A stretch of DNA of 64,000 bases. Origin: Octopus sinensis. Its lineage: Eukaryota. The number at the start of each line of letters is the position of its first letter. Position 1 is the stretch's first letter. The position numbers and the translations under genes are program-made. The notes beneath the pieces are model-generated. The model ran no database searches, had not been told where the DNA came from, and saw only the letters and a program-made list of their open reading frames with translations. Below are positions 26,513-39,972 of this stretch, piece by piece. The stretch is from assembly GCF_006345805.1 (NCBI RefSeq), contig NC_043004.1, positions 14,074,001 to 14,138,000 on the forward strand, in the 5' to 3' direction.

Positions 26513-26946
26513 TACATATATTTATGCTTTATATATATATACGCACATACATATAAGTATGTATGTATTAACATATGCATGCATGTGTGTATATATTTAT
26601 GTATATGTATATTCACTCGCGCGCGCACACACACACACACACATTTTTCGTATTGTTTTTAGTAGCTAGGTCTATAACTTTGGAAGATATTTCAGAGCCA
26701 ACGGCATTTGAAGGTCCTAGGTAATGCCATTCATGACATTCATATCCCTGTTGAAATGGACCTTTTAGTCCATAAAATGTAATAAAATTGGAAGAGGGTT
26801 AATACCTCATCCAGCATTTTTTAAAAAGAACAATGATTTAGAGAAGCATAAGTCGGTGGGTGCTTTTCGTCATCTCCCATTCTTATCATCCTCGTATCAT
26901 TATCATTCACCTCAATGTACTGCTTTATGGCAAATTTGATAACATA

Positions 26947-27087
26947 AAGTAGCTAACTTACCAACCACATAGTTCCGGGCTCAGTCCCACTGCCTGGTAC
27001 CTTGAGCAAGTGTCTTCTACTATAGCCTCGGGCCGATCAAAGCTTTGTGAGTGGATTTACTAGACGGAAACTGAAAGAAGCCAGTCG

Positions 27088-27136
<49 letters not shown>

Positions 27137-27315
27137 GTGTATATATGTTTGTGTACCAGTGTTTGTCCCCCCACCACCATCACTCGACAACCGATGCTGG
27201 TGTGTTTACGTCCGCGTAACTTAGCGGTTCGGTAAAAAGAGTCCGATAGAATAAGTACTAGGCTTACAAAGAATAAATCCTGGAGTCGATTTGCTCGACT
27301 GAAACAAGTAAAATG
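26947..27315 (+). mobile_element. SINE family A
   Basis: Match to consensus. Confidence 0.8.
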
Positions 27316-27455
27316 TAAAAAACGGAAAAGAATATGCATGTGTGTGTGTATATGTGTAGCGGAAGCGAGATAACTAAAGTTTAAGTAAATAAAATACAAG
27401 GTATTATAACTTAAGATGATGCTCGTAAACATGGTAAGATAAATTGTAACTTATA

Positions 27456-28095
27456 AGCGCAGGAGTCGCTGTCTGGAAAGAAGCTTCCTTCCGGTCCACA
27501 TGTTCCGTGTTCATTCCAACTGCATGGCACATTGGGCGTCTGTATTCTGCTATAGCCTCGAGTCAACAAAAGCTTTGTGACAAGATTTGGTAAACAGAAA
27601 TTGAAAGAAGCCCGTCGTATAAATATATATGGTCACTTCAGAAATGTAACTGCACGTGGACTGTTGGCGACTTTTGCTTGTTCTTCCTTCTTTCTCTATG
27701 GACTTTCTTGCTTCCGACGAAGAGCTATGCTCGAAATGTTAACACCAACTCTCTCCCTTCTATGAGCGTCAACTTAATATATTTCTTGTGCACGTTCTCA
27801 CGTTCATTTTTTTTTCGTTTCTCTGCATTTTAACTGTTATTTATTTGAATTATCTCTCTTTCTCTCTCTTCCACTACTCCTTTTAAGGGGTAGTGTTTGT
27901 CTTCCACTGTCCCTTAAAAACTGGTGTCGGCGTGTATACGTCCACATAGTTTAGCGGTTCGGCAAACTAGCACAATAGAATAATAACCAAGCTTAAAAAC
28001 ATGAATAAATACTGGGCTCTATTCGTACGACTAAATTTCTTTTTGACGGTGCTCCAGCATGGTTGCGGTCTAATGAAGGAAACGAGCAACAGAAA
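27456..28095 (+). mobile_element. SINE family A split by a PLE-terminus insertion (~27631-27840)
   Basis: 5' part ends AGAAGCCCGTCGTATAAATATATAT (~27630); 3' part resumes ~27890. Confidence 0.65.
27711..27743 (+). ncRNA. Degenerate minimal hammerhead-like motif
   Basis: CCGACGA-A-GAGC TAT GCTC-GAA-ATGT-T; stem I is poorly supported. Confidence 0.5.
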
Positions 28096-29422
28096 GAATA
28101 TTGTTCTTCCTCGGAATAAGGTATAGATTTGAAAGAGAGAAGAAAAGAGAAAGAAAAAAATCGAGGGAAAACTGTAGAAGTGTTGGAGACGAAATTACCA
28201 ACACGGCATTTGTTTGTATTGCAGACGTTGAATACATGTATATATTTACTCACCCTCTCACAGTTTCTCTCCTTCTTTCTCTCTCTATTTCTCTCTCTCT
28301 CTCAAGTTCTTTCACTGATTCACAAGCACAGAAGCACATTAATGGTGCAAATATAAGGAAAAACCGGTTTGAGGGGAATACAGTAAATAGTATTAGGTAT
28401 AGATGAATAAAACTCTGAATTGTACATTCGGATGAACGTGAGAGTGTAATTCTGCATTAAGAATGGCCTGTATACTATTCAAAGTGTTAACTCTCGAGGG
28501 AATATAAATAAGAGAACCAAACTGATTGGCTAGTGAATAGCTAATTAGTACTTACTTGTTATTTCAGGAAGAAACCTACTTTCCCCGATAATTTTCAGTA
28601 TCGGATTAATAATGAAAAACCTAGAGTTAATTTAAACTATGGCATATCATATGTTTAACGTCAAAATGAAATGAAAAGAAAAAAACTTATGTTTAAGGAT
28701 AGAAATAAAACTTATTCAACGAAATTAATCAATTGCAAAAAAAAATGTTCTTAATTCATTTTATCACTAAAAAATGACAAAAAATTTAATGCAAGTATAT
28801 ATAAAATAGCTGAAGGAACTGTAATAGTGGAGAGGAAAAATGTACGTAGAAAAATATCTGTGATTTAAAAATCGAAAGAAGCATATATTTGCATACAACC
28901 ACTCGTGCTATTTTTACTGATATAACAAGTAATTACGAGTCTTTCAGTAACCGATCAATTAGAGTCTATTGTTATACTTCCTTTTGTAGAAATTTAAACC
29001 TTTTAACTACTATACAAACCATTTCTAATATAAAATTAATCAGCTTCAAATTTATCCTAATATGGAATTGTATGGTTTTAATTTTACATTTAATCCTACA
29101 GCATCTCCTACAAACTGCTTATCATCTTTAATTTTTCATTACACAGGCGCGGGCGTGGACACACACATGTATGTATGTATGTATGTATGTATGTATGTAT
29201 GTATGTATGTATGTATGTATGTATGTATGTATGTATGTATGTATGTATGTGTGTGTGTATTATATGGGAGAATACCTTTCTATAACTTTCATAAAGCTGT
29301 GTAGAATATTAAATGTAAGGATTCTACTCCAAGGGTATATGGTTTTCCTTCACAAAAAATGAATTTTAGACACACACATACATATGTATATTTATATACA
29401 GACACACACACACACACATACA

Positions 29423-30338
29423 TATATATAAGGAAAATATGACAAGGTAGAAAATGATAAAATGATTTTATCACGAAGGATGTTTTACCAGTTCTTTGCG
29501 ACATTTTCAACTTAGAGTAGCGCATGAAAAACAATTGAATTGTGGGAAAATGAAATGAAATGCTTTTTAAAATATTTCCATAGTTTTTAAATGCAAGCCT
29601 ATGGACTCTAAGCAATATCTACCGTTCAGCTCATGAATATCCCTTTCAACCTAGAAACAAGGATTTGTACTATAGTTTATAATACAAGAACCAGGGACAC
29701 ACGACTACATGAACTAAAGAATACACTCATTACCAGGAACTACTTACCATCACTAATTGATATAGGCTCTCAACGTGCCCTGCAACTCAACATCAACAAA
29801 CTCAGATGTCCCAAACTAAAGAAGGATTTACAACCAAAAGCCCTACCATACATCTCCACACACAACCCCATTAATAATGAAGCATTCGGTACCATCCTCC
29901 AGAAAATTTCTCTACTAAAAAGAGGCCACAGAACGAATTTAAACCTCCACACGCACACCATCATCAAGAGCAAAAGACAACCCAAATCTATGAAAACTCG
30001 ACAGCAAAAAAATGATATTAAAATGATATATTAAGAACAGTCATTATCCATGAATTTATTCAGAACAATTCCAATCACTACTATTACAACCACAACAGGT
30101 CACTTTTAGGTCACTTGACCATTTAAGAGGATGCTACCAACATCCTACTACTGTCATACCACTCCGGTATTTTTCTTCTTCTTCTTCTTCTTCTTCTTCT
30201 TCTTCGTCTTCGTCTTCTTCTTGGCCCCCTTCCTCGGATACTACTCCTGCTTAAACACTCAAAACCAAGAACTCATATCAAATAATCTTTTAGGACTACT
30301 ATTAGCTACTACCTACTATGAAGCCTTCAACAGATTAA

Positions 30339-30371
<33 letters not shown>

Positions 30372-30610
30372 CAGAAAAAAGGAAAATGTCCCCTGCATTT
30401 AAAAACTATGGAAATATTTTGAATAAACATTTCATTTAATTTTACCATAGTTTAATTGTTTTTCATACGTTACTCTAAGTTGAAAAAGTCGCAAAGGCTG
30501 GAACCGGTACTAAAATGTTCATCATGATAAAATTATTTTAGCATTTTCTACGTTGTCTAATTTTCCTTATGCATATCAACTCGTGTGTTCCTTTTCAACC
30601 TTCTACATTG

Positions 30611-30612
<2 letters not shown>
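29423..30612 (+). mobile_element. Truncated Penelope-like element with inverted pseudo-LTR
   Basis: ORF 29633-30034 (NIPFNLETRICTIV...LPYISTHNP...IIKSKRQPKS) is homologous to the C-terminal part of ORF 44462-45385; arms 29423-29595 / 30394-30570; degenerate hammerhead at 30477-30512. Confidence 0.85.
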
Positions 30613-30694
<82 letters not shown>

Positions 30695-31468
30695 GCACGC
30701 ATACAAACTGCTAATTTCAGTAGAGATGCTTTCATCCAGTCTACTCTAAATACTACTCTTATATAATTACACTGGTGTTAAAATATATGCGGTAGGGTTT
30801 CTATGATTCTGCTATTTAGAGCGGTTTCCTTCATCCAGTAGGACATACAAGTTTCCTTCCTCATACGTATTCTAATCACCGATGCTTCGAGCATTACACA
30901 CCGTTATGTAGGTTGGAAGCAGTCGAAGGAAGACGCCAAATGGTTCAACAGACTTTCTCATGAAAAATATTTAAACTCTGATATAATATCATCTACTGTG
31001 TGAATATGTTATATGTGTACATGTATATGTTGTACACATGTATGTTACGTGTTTAACATATACTGATGCGATTTGTGTGTGTATATATATTTATATACAC
31101 ACACATATATATATACACACATATAAATATACACATATATATATACATAATATATATATATATGCATACCTAAAAATATGAGCTATTTATTTATGCGTAT
31201 ATGCACAGGTGATTTATATGGGTTTATATATACAGGTGTATTATGTGTGTGTCTATATATATATTTGTGTGTGTGTGCGCTGTGTATATATATATATATA
31301 TATAATATATATATATATATATACATAGATATATGCTATATAGATTTATTTACATTTACGCTAAATTGCTATATATACGTTTGTTATAGAGTTGTGTCTA
31401 CATGTGTTGTACGTGTGCAAATACGTGCTGTGCGTGTATATACGTGTATACATGTGTTGTAATATTAT

Positions 31469-31517
<49 letters not shown>

Positions 31518-32092
31518 TCATATGGTTTTTGTGAATGTGTACATAATTGCATATATGCATTTAATATACATCTGTCACTATCCTTGGGAGCTTGTCTATA
31601 TATACACCTCCATGTCTGTCTTTATGCGTGTATGTATATGAGTAATCAGATAACAAGCATTGCACTCCCTTGTGATCCCATATCACTTATGGTGAATTTT
31701 CTAATGACATTATTGTTTAGCAAGGGAAAATAGTACCGAATATAATAGCAATAAGCACTACATGAACGTAATTTCCTTTGACAACTAAAATTTGAAATCT
31801 CTGAAGTAATTTCTGAGGAATAAGGAATTTATTCTTAAAAGCTAAAAGTTTCGTTTCACAAACTAGTAATAGGCTTTACGTTCCAATACCAAAACTTTAT
31901 TATTGAATCATATTTTCAGTTCAGCAGTGAGAAGTGTAGCGGAGAGAAATTTGGGACAAATTTTGCATTCGTAATGTAACTACACACACACACACACACG
32001 TACACCGGCGTACAAACACAGGGTCACACACAGACACGCGCACATATGCATAAACCTACATACGTCTCTCTGCTTCTATCACTCTCTCTCTT

Positions 32093-32173
<81 letters not shown>

Positions 32174-32734
32174 CATATATGTACATATGCAAATGTATAT
32201 ATATATATATGTATGTATGTATGTAAGTACGTATATATATATATATGTATGTAAGTACGTATATATACATACATACATATGCAGTGTGATCACATGATTC
32301 TACGTTAATAACAGTCATTTCTAGAGGAATACGATCTGGATAAAGTTGGCTGTATCTGAATACATGCAAACAAGTAGACACATGTCTGCATGCGTCTGTA
32401 TGAAGATCTAAACCCCTCCACCTATATATACATGTCAAAGTATATACACGAGTGCGTACGTGTGTTCGCGCGCGCGAGTGTGTGAGTGAAAGTGTCTGCT
32501 TGCCGATGCCCACATTTTCACGTTCTGTGTTGGTGCTTTCAACTGAAGTGTCTATTATTGTTCTGAAACTAAAATAACCTTAGCATTGTTAACTATACGT
32601 AAGATGTGCGACAATTGGCGTATGTTAGTTGTACAATTGCGAGTATATTATTCTTGGCTTTCGTGCGAACCTGGCAAGAATGAATAGACGTTGCTGCTAC
32701 AACTACTAATACTACGACTTTTAATAATTATTAA

Positions 32735-32925
32735 TCCTTTGTATTATAGACACAAGGCCTGAAAGTTTGCGGAAGGGGTGCAGTCGATTACACCGACCGC
32801 AGTGTTTCATGGGTACTTAATTTAAGGATCCCGAAAGGATGAAAGGGAAAGTCGACCTCGGTGGCATTTGCACTCAGAACGTAATGACGGACGAGATGCC
32901 GCTTAGCATTTTGCCCGGCTCGCCG
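32735..32925 (-). mobile_element. SINE family B
   Basis: CCCGAAAGGATGAAAGGGAAAGTCGACCTCGG on plus. Confidence 0.75.
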
Positions 32926-33000
32926 CTTTAGCATCAATAATAATAATGTTGATGATGATGATGATGATTATAATAATAATAATAGTAATAATAATAGTAC

Positions 33001-33562
33001 CAGGCAGTGGCTCTCATGGCTTCTGATCTTAACTGATTGGAAGTGTTATAATGTACATTGTTTTGTCTTGGTATAAAAGATGGGCTACAGCAAATATTCT
33101 GCTCAATACCACAGATTTGCTTGTCAGTTGTTTGACCTTAACCAGTTGAGCATGCCCCTTAGTGGCTGACGATATGTGCATCTCTGATCACGAGCAGAAG
33201 TAGTGGGGGAGCATCATAGCCATGTGTTGAGAGGGATTCTTTGGGGTTTGAATAATTCACCTCTGGAAACATGGGTGGTTCTTTCAACATCCTTAAACAA
33301 CCCTTATTCAGGGACCTTTTGAGCAGGATGGGCTACTCAACCTGAAGAAAATTCTAACTGGGCCCCACCTGCAAGGTCATGTGCTGTTTATCTTGATATG
33401 AGATCACCATGTCGCGCACATATGGTTGTGATGCATGTGCCTGGTGTACCCTTATCAGACGGGTAGTCATGATGGGTATACTGGGCTTCGTATATTTTAC
33501 CCCAGTGTCACTTTGATGGCATGCACTGCTCTCTCACTCAATAATAATAATAATAATAATAA
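33001..33562 (+). mobile_element. 3' portion of a non-LTR retroelement with (AAT)n tail
   Basis: Ends CTCTCACTC(AAT)n; inverted shorter copy at 37160-37483. Confidence 0.75.
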
Positions 33563-33564
33563 TT

Positions 33565-33780
33565 TCTACTCTAGGCACATGGCCTTCAAACCTTTTTGGG
33601 GCAAGGGGGCTACTCGATTACATTGATCTCAAGTGCAAGACTGGTACTTATTTTATCGATCCTTAAATAATGAAAGACAAAGTCGACCACGCCGGAATTT
33701 GAACTCCAAGCGTACCAGCAGACGAAATACCGCTAAGCATTTCGCACGGCTTGCTAACGATTTTGCCAGCTCGTCGTCTT
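33565..33780 (-). mobile_element. SINE family B
   Basis: AAGTCGACCACGCCGGAATTTGAACTC...GCTAACGATTTTGCCAGCTCG. Confidence 0.75.
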
Positions 33781-33802
33781 AATAATAATAATAATAGTAA
33801 TG

Positions 33803-33860
<58 letters not shown>

Positions 33861-33862
33861 TA

Positions 33863-34145
33863 TAGGCGCAGGAGTGGCTGTGTGGTAAGTAGCTTGTATA
33901 CCAACCACGTGGTTCCGGGTTCAGTCCCACTGCGTGGCACCTTGGGCAAGTGTCTTCTACTATAGCCTCGGGTCGACCAATGCCTTGTAAGTGGAGTTGG
34001 TAGACGGAAACTGAAAGAAGCCCGTCATATATATGTATATATATGCGTGTGTGTGTTTGTGTGTCTGTGTTTGTCCCCCTAGCATTGCTTGACAACCGAT
34101 GCTGGTGTGCTTATGCACCCGTTACTTAGTGCTTACAAAGAATAC
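33863..34145 (+). mobile_element. SINE family A
   Basis: GGCGCAGGAGTGGCTGTGTGGTAAG... intact head. Confidence 0.85.
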
Positions 34146-34631
34146 TGACATAGGCACACTCACCAAAAGTTTTTTTCTGGATATAGCCTATACACACATA
34201 CACACTAGCACTTGACCAGTACGTTATTTTCTACGACCTCGAATGAATAAAAGGCGAAGTTGACCGTAGCTGGATTGGAAACTGGATGTAAACTGAAGAA
34301 CAATATATGAAGTACAATAATACTTCGGTTTGCCATTATAGACCAATCAATACTTCATATTTGAAGAATTCCAGAAACTCGATCAACGTTAAGGCTAAAA
34401 CCAGAATATAATAGCGCTTTATTTACTTACATTTATTTTTGTTATTCTAGTTGTTGGCCTGGATTCAATCACTGCCATTCACAGTTATATTTACAAATGA
34501 ATCTTTACATCGGATTAATGAACGTTATTGTTGAGAATATACTACACGTACCTGGATATGGTTCATGTTGAGCGGGCTAATATTTTAGGTGTGTACGTGC
34601 ATGTAGTAGTAGTAGTAGTAGTAGTAGTAGT

Positions 34632-34967
34632 GAAGGCGCATGGCTCAGTGTTTAGAGCGTCGAGCCTAAGACAGTGAGGTTGTGAGCTCGATCCCGGGTC
34701 GGGCTGCGTGTTGTGTTCTTGAGCAAGACACTTTATTTCACATTGCTCCAGTTCACTCAGCTGTAGAAATGAGTTGCGATGTCACAGGTGCCAAGCTGTA
34801 TTGGCCTTTGCATTTCCCTTGGATGACATCGGTGGGGTGGAGAGGGGAGGCTGGTATGCATGGGCGACTGCTGGTCTTCCATAAACAACCTTACCCGGAA
34901 TTGTGCCTGGGAGGGTAACTTTCTAGGAGCATTCCCATGGCCTGTGTCGTGACCGAAGAGGTTCTCA
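34632..34967 (+). mobile_element. tRNA/CORE-like SINE with tail type H, in (GTA)n
   Basis: GAAGGCGCATGGCTCAGTG...GAGCAAGACACTTTATTTCAC...GGAGAGGGGAGGCTGGTATGCATGGGCGACTG...GACCGAAGAGG. Confidence 0.8.
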
Positions 34968-35108
34968 GTAGTGGTAGTAGTAGTAGTAGTAGTAATGTAG
35001 GTGTGTGAATGCAGCAATATTGCAAGTGGAGTAGGATATAAACACTAGGGAAAATTTCCTTCTCATTATTTTAAACTATCTAATCTGCAGATCTTTTCAG
35101 CAAAAAAC

Positions 35109-35535
35109 AGGCGCAGGAGTGGCTGTGTGGTAAGTAAGTTACTTACGGACCACATAGTTCTGGGTTCAGTCCCAGTGTGTGACACCTTGGGCAAGTCTCT
35201 TCTACTATAGCCTCAAGCCGACCAAAGCCTTGTGAGTGTATTTCGTTGACGGAAACTGAAAGAACCCCGTCGAATATATGTATACGTATATGTATGTGTG
35301 TGTAAATGCTTATGTGTCTTTGTTTGTTTGTCCCCCCCCTCCAACGTCGCTTGACAACCAATGCTGGTGTGTATACGTCTCCGTAACTTTGCAATTCGGC
35401 AAAAAGGACCAATAGAATAAGTACTAGGCTTACAAAGAATAAGTCCTGGGGTCGATTTGCTCGACTAAAGGCGGTGCTGAAGTATGACCACAGTCAAATG
35501 ACTGAAACAAGTAAACTGGTAAAGAGTAAAGAGTA
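35109..35535 (+). mobile_element. SINE family A
   Basis: Full-length match to consensus. Confidence 0.85.
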
Positions 35536-36059
35536 ATCCTCTCACTTGTTCTAAAGTGCAACAAGTATGTACAGGTTTATGGTTTACTGACGAGGTTCAA
35601 TGGGAACAGAACATGTCTGCGGTTGTTATTCCAATTTTCAGTGATCCTACTTAATTCTGGCCTCTTATTTCTGCTCAATTTTGTAATTAATTTAAATTTC
35701 ATAACTATGTAATCACATTTCTTGCAAAGAATTTTCACGCATACTAATAATTTAATTTTACGGGGTAACTTAATTCATTATATCCACTGAAGAAAGATAT
35801 ATATATATATATACAGAATAGTGGTACAAAAAGGCACCAAAAGTTACAATAGCGTTGTATTTGCATCGACTGCTATTTCCAGTAAATTTTGGTACCTTGT
35901 TCTACCCCTAATCTGTATTTATATTTATACTTCTACCTTTTCAGTGCTTTATTTTACTGGAAAGTAATAGATATGTATTGCAATATTATATATATATATA
36001 TATTATATAATATATATATATATATATATATGCATATACAGATACATATATGTAGATAT

Positions 36060-37095
36060 TAACTGCAAAATTTTAATTCCCCCACCATTTCCACTTTAAA
36101 AAAATTATTTTGGGTGAAATTCGCAGTAAAATACGGAGATTATTATATGGAAAAACAAAATTTGTAAAATTTCAAATTTTCAAAATAAATAAATAAATAA
36201 ATAAACACCTCTCCTCAAGCCCAACGACAAGGAGTAAAATTAAAGTCTTTTCTCTACTAATGTTTTATGACGAACATAACTCAATATGTTATGGTTGAGG
36301 GTCTTTTGGAATTAAGAGAGATAAGTAAAAATTAGATTTTTTGTACTCACCAACTCACACACACACACATGAATATGACATTAAAATTGCTTTACTATTT
36401 TCGTAATTCGTATTTAGAAAGTTGATCACGGTTTGACTGTTGTTTCTAGCCTGTCAGATTTCCGGTCGGGTCGTACTTAAAAATTGAAGATTTTGAAACC
36501 TCCAAAACACGTTTTCGTTCTTTGCCTTTATGGCGAAGAAAAAAAGGGGAGGGGGCAAATTTCACTTTCTGTCATAGGGAGGGGTATTTTTCACTTTTTG
36601 AAAAATTGAAATTTTTCAAACAATATATTTTAGAATCATAATCTCCCTATTTTTCTACGTATTTCGCCAAAAAATATTTAAAATAAGTGAAAAATGAAGA
36701 ATTTGGGGGTGGGGATTAAGTTTTGAATTTTTTTCTTCTGTGGTAATTCATATTATAATTTTGAAAACATATTTCTAGCATGTCAGGGTTTCTGCTTAGA
36801 TACTTTTTGCATGCGTCAAATATTAGTAGAGAAAACAATTTAATTTTACTTCTTGTCATAGGGCGGATCGGAGAGGGCTGTTTATTTACTTATTTGAAAA
36901 TTTTTTTTCAGAATCATAATCTCCATATTTTTCTAGTTATTTCGCCCGCGAAAATTTTTTCAAAAGGTGAAATTTTAATAAATTTTAATAAATTTTTGAA
37001 ATGCTTTCTCCTTTTTGGCAGATTCGGAACCTCCGCCCTCGATATAGTGTGTTCCTCTAAAAGAAAAGAATCCCAAAGGGGGTGCGGTCCATGAT
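36060..37095. mobile_element. AT-rich non-autonomous element with internal inverted and duplicated blocks
   Basis: 36070-36270 is inverted relative to both 36560-36725 and 36815-36950. Confidence 0.5.
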
Positions 37096-37159
37096 CTATC
37101 TATCTATCTATCTATCTCTCTCTCTCTATATATATATGTGTATATATAGACACACATTG

Positions 37160-37168
37160 TTATTGTTA

Positions 37169-37200
<32 letters not shown>

Positions 37201-37483
37201 GAGTGAGAGAACAGTGCATGCCATCAAAGTGACACTGGAGTAAAATATACGAAGACCAGTATACCCATCATTACTACCCGTCTGATAAGGATACGCTAGG
37301 CACATACATCACAACCATATGTGCACGACATAGTGATCTCATATCAAGATAAACAGCACATGACCTTGCAGGTGGGGCCCAGTTAGAATTTTCTTTTGGT
37401 AGAGTAACCCATCCCACTCAAAAGGTCCCTGAATAATAAGGGTTGTTTAAGGATGTTGAACGAAACACCCATGTTCCCAGAGG
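37160..37483 (-). mobile_element. 5'-truncated copy of the 33001-33562 retroelement end
   Basis: (ATT)n-GAGTGAGAGAACAGTGCATGCC... is the reverse complement of 33260-33560. Confidence 0.8.
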
Positions 37484-39109
37484 TGTTGTTCTGTTGAATG
37501 GTGAGAGATGCCCCGTGTTCCTGAGTTCGTATCGTGAAGTGGTGGATGTGATTGACCGTCCGGTGTTGTATTGTGCCCTGCCACCCTTGTTGGAATATGA
37601 CAAAATATATATGAACAACAAAAAAAAAACTGATGAAAATGTGAACATTTTGTTTTATAAAACAAAGAAGAAAGAGAAAAAAACTGTCAAAAATAATGAC
37701 TAAATGTAACCACTCGACTTCGGGGGTCGAGTGGGCATTGCGCCTCATTTTATTATCTTCATAATTTAATTCGTTTCTTTTTATTCTTTCTTCTTTACTC
37801 GATTTCTTTTTGTATTTTTATTTCCCCGATTTTATGTTTTGTATTGTCTTTTATATTGTATAACCTCGATATTTAACCTCTTGTGGGCGATTAAAAAACG
37901 ACGACGTTGGTGTTGCCTTGCCAGAGTTTTGCGTTGTCTGAGTACTCTTGTTTAATATTAGAGTCATGTTAACGGGGATCTTAGTCCACAAAACATCAAG
38001 GTAGGATATAACCTATATAATAGACATACAAGCTGGGAAAACTTTAATACTTTTTTCATAGATTGAAAACATGAACACAATCGGTTTTCGAATCTTATTG
38101 GGTTCTCACTATGTGTGTATGTATGTGTTGAAAGAGAGAGGGCGAAAGTGAGATAGTGAGAGAGAGACAGTAATTTGCATACTTGAGAATGCATTCAACA
38201 GCATTCGAATACAATTGAAATCAGGTTTCGGCACAATTAGAAGCACTCTATGAAAGTTAAAATCTTAGCTACAGCTCTTCTGGGAAACCAGGAATGTAAT
38301 TTCCGGCGCCAATAAGAAACACGACGAATATTATCAATACAATGTTCCGTCATTTAATTAATCCCTTTGTTATTGTGACAAAGGAAAAATTTAATGCAAC
38401 CAGTTGACATACAGGGTTAAAATAAAGTTGATAGACCACACTACACAAGCCTACATAAATCTTTAAAAAAACGCCCTTCAAAGCAAATATACACAGCATA
38501 TTCTATTAAAACACTTAAAGCGAAGAGTCACCACCTCCATCCCCTAACATATATGGAGACAAAAAGTTGGAACATTACAACTTTTAAAATATTGCATTCA
38601 GTGGTAGAATCTACTACACTGTATTTATTGTATATGGATCATGCTGCATATGTAGTTGAGAGAAGTTCTGTATCTTGACAACTTATAGAAATTTGCTGAA
38701 TTCAAGAAGTGAGCTAGACACCAAATGTCATCGCTATGATAAGTTTATCTGAAAAGAATCTTTATACTAAGATGCAACTGAATGCAGGCCTGCTATAAGG
38801 TGAAATTTCTTGGAGATTATTGAAAGCATTCGAAATTTCTCGAAATTCTTAGTCCCTTTTAGAATCTTTTTGAAGTTAAATTTACCCTGACTTCGATTTC
38901 AGATCAAAGCATCTTTAATAGCTAAATGTTGTTAGTACTTCTTCTAAGACTGCACAGTTTTCTACATCTAATGCTGTGCGTTTTGTTTTAATGCTGGCAT
39001 AAGAAATTGCTTTTGTTTATTACACGTTTTGCAAACTTGTCCTCATCACTTTATTGAGTTATATTTTATGGCAGCATTTTCCATTTTCAGCCAAATATAT
39101 TTTAATAGT

Positions 39110-39151
<42 letters not shown>

Positions 39152-39505
39152 TATATAATATAAAATGAGACAAGAACGCAAAGCATCCAGAAGAAGATAC
39201 AAAAAACACGGACGGGTCATTCGAAGCCTTTAATCTTCAGTCAAGAACCGGATCATCCTCGCAATTTCGGCTGATTAATCGTGGGATTGCTCCAATCTGG
39301 TCAGCCCCAAGGAAAACTAAGCTAAGAACATTAGATTGCTTAGAAAAAGTTTCGAATGTATACGAAACAAGGACGGAAAAACGGACGATGTTACACGAAT
39401 ATAAATACATAAGTAATTCAAAAAAACAATAACAATAATAATAACAGGACATAACAATAGGCCTCTTTCGACTGGAGACATATATATGTTTATATATATT
39501 GGGAT

Positions 39506-39671
39506 AGGAGTGGGTGTGTGGTAAGTAGCTTGCTTACGAACTACATGGTTCTGGGTTCAGTCCCATTGCGTGGCACATTGGGCAAGTGTCTTCTATTATA
39601 GCCGCGGGCCAACCAAAGCCTTGTGCGTGGATTTGGTAGACGGAAACTGAATGAAGCCCATCGTATATATG

Positions 39672-39708
<37 letters not shown>

Positions 39709-39972
39709 GTGTGTGTGTGTATGTATGTGTGTGTGTATGTGTATGTGTGTGTGTGTATGTATGTGTGTGTGTATGTGTATGTGTGTTTGTCCCCCCCAAC
39801 ATCGCTTGACAACCGATGCTGGTGTGTTTACGTCTCCCTAACTTAGCGGTTCGGCAAAATAGACAGATAGAAAAAGTACTAGGCTTACAAAGAATAAGTC
39901 CTGGGGTAGATTTGCTCGACTAAAGGCGGTGCTCCAGTATGGCCACAAATAACTGGCAGAAACAAGTAAAAG
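39506..39972 (+). mobile_element. SINE family A
   Basis: Full-length match to consensus. Confidence 0.85.

Noticed and set aside
38630-38790. hAT C-terminal dimerisation-like motif (YVVERS...RSELD)
   Set aside because: Only a few residues match across frameshifts
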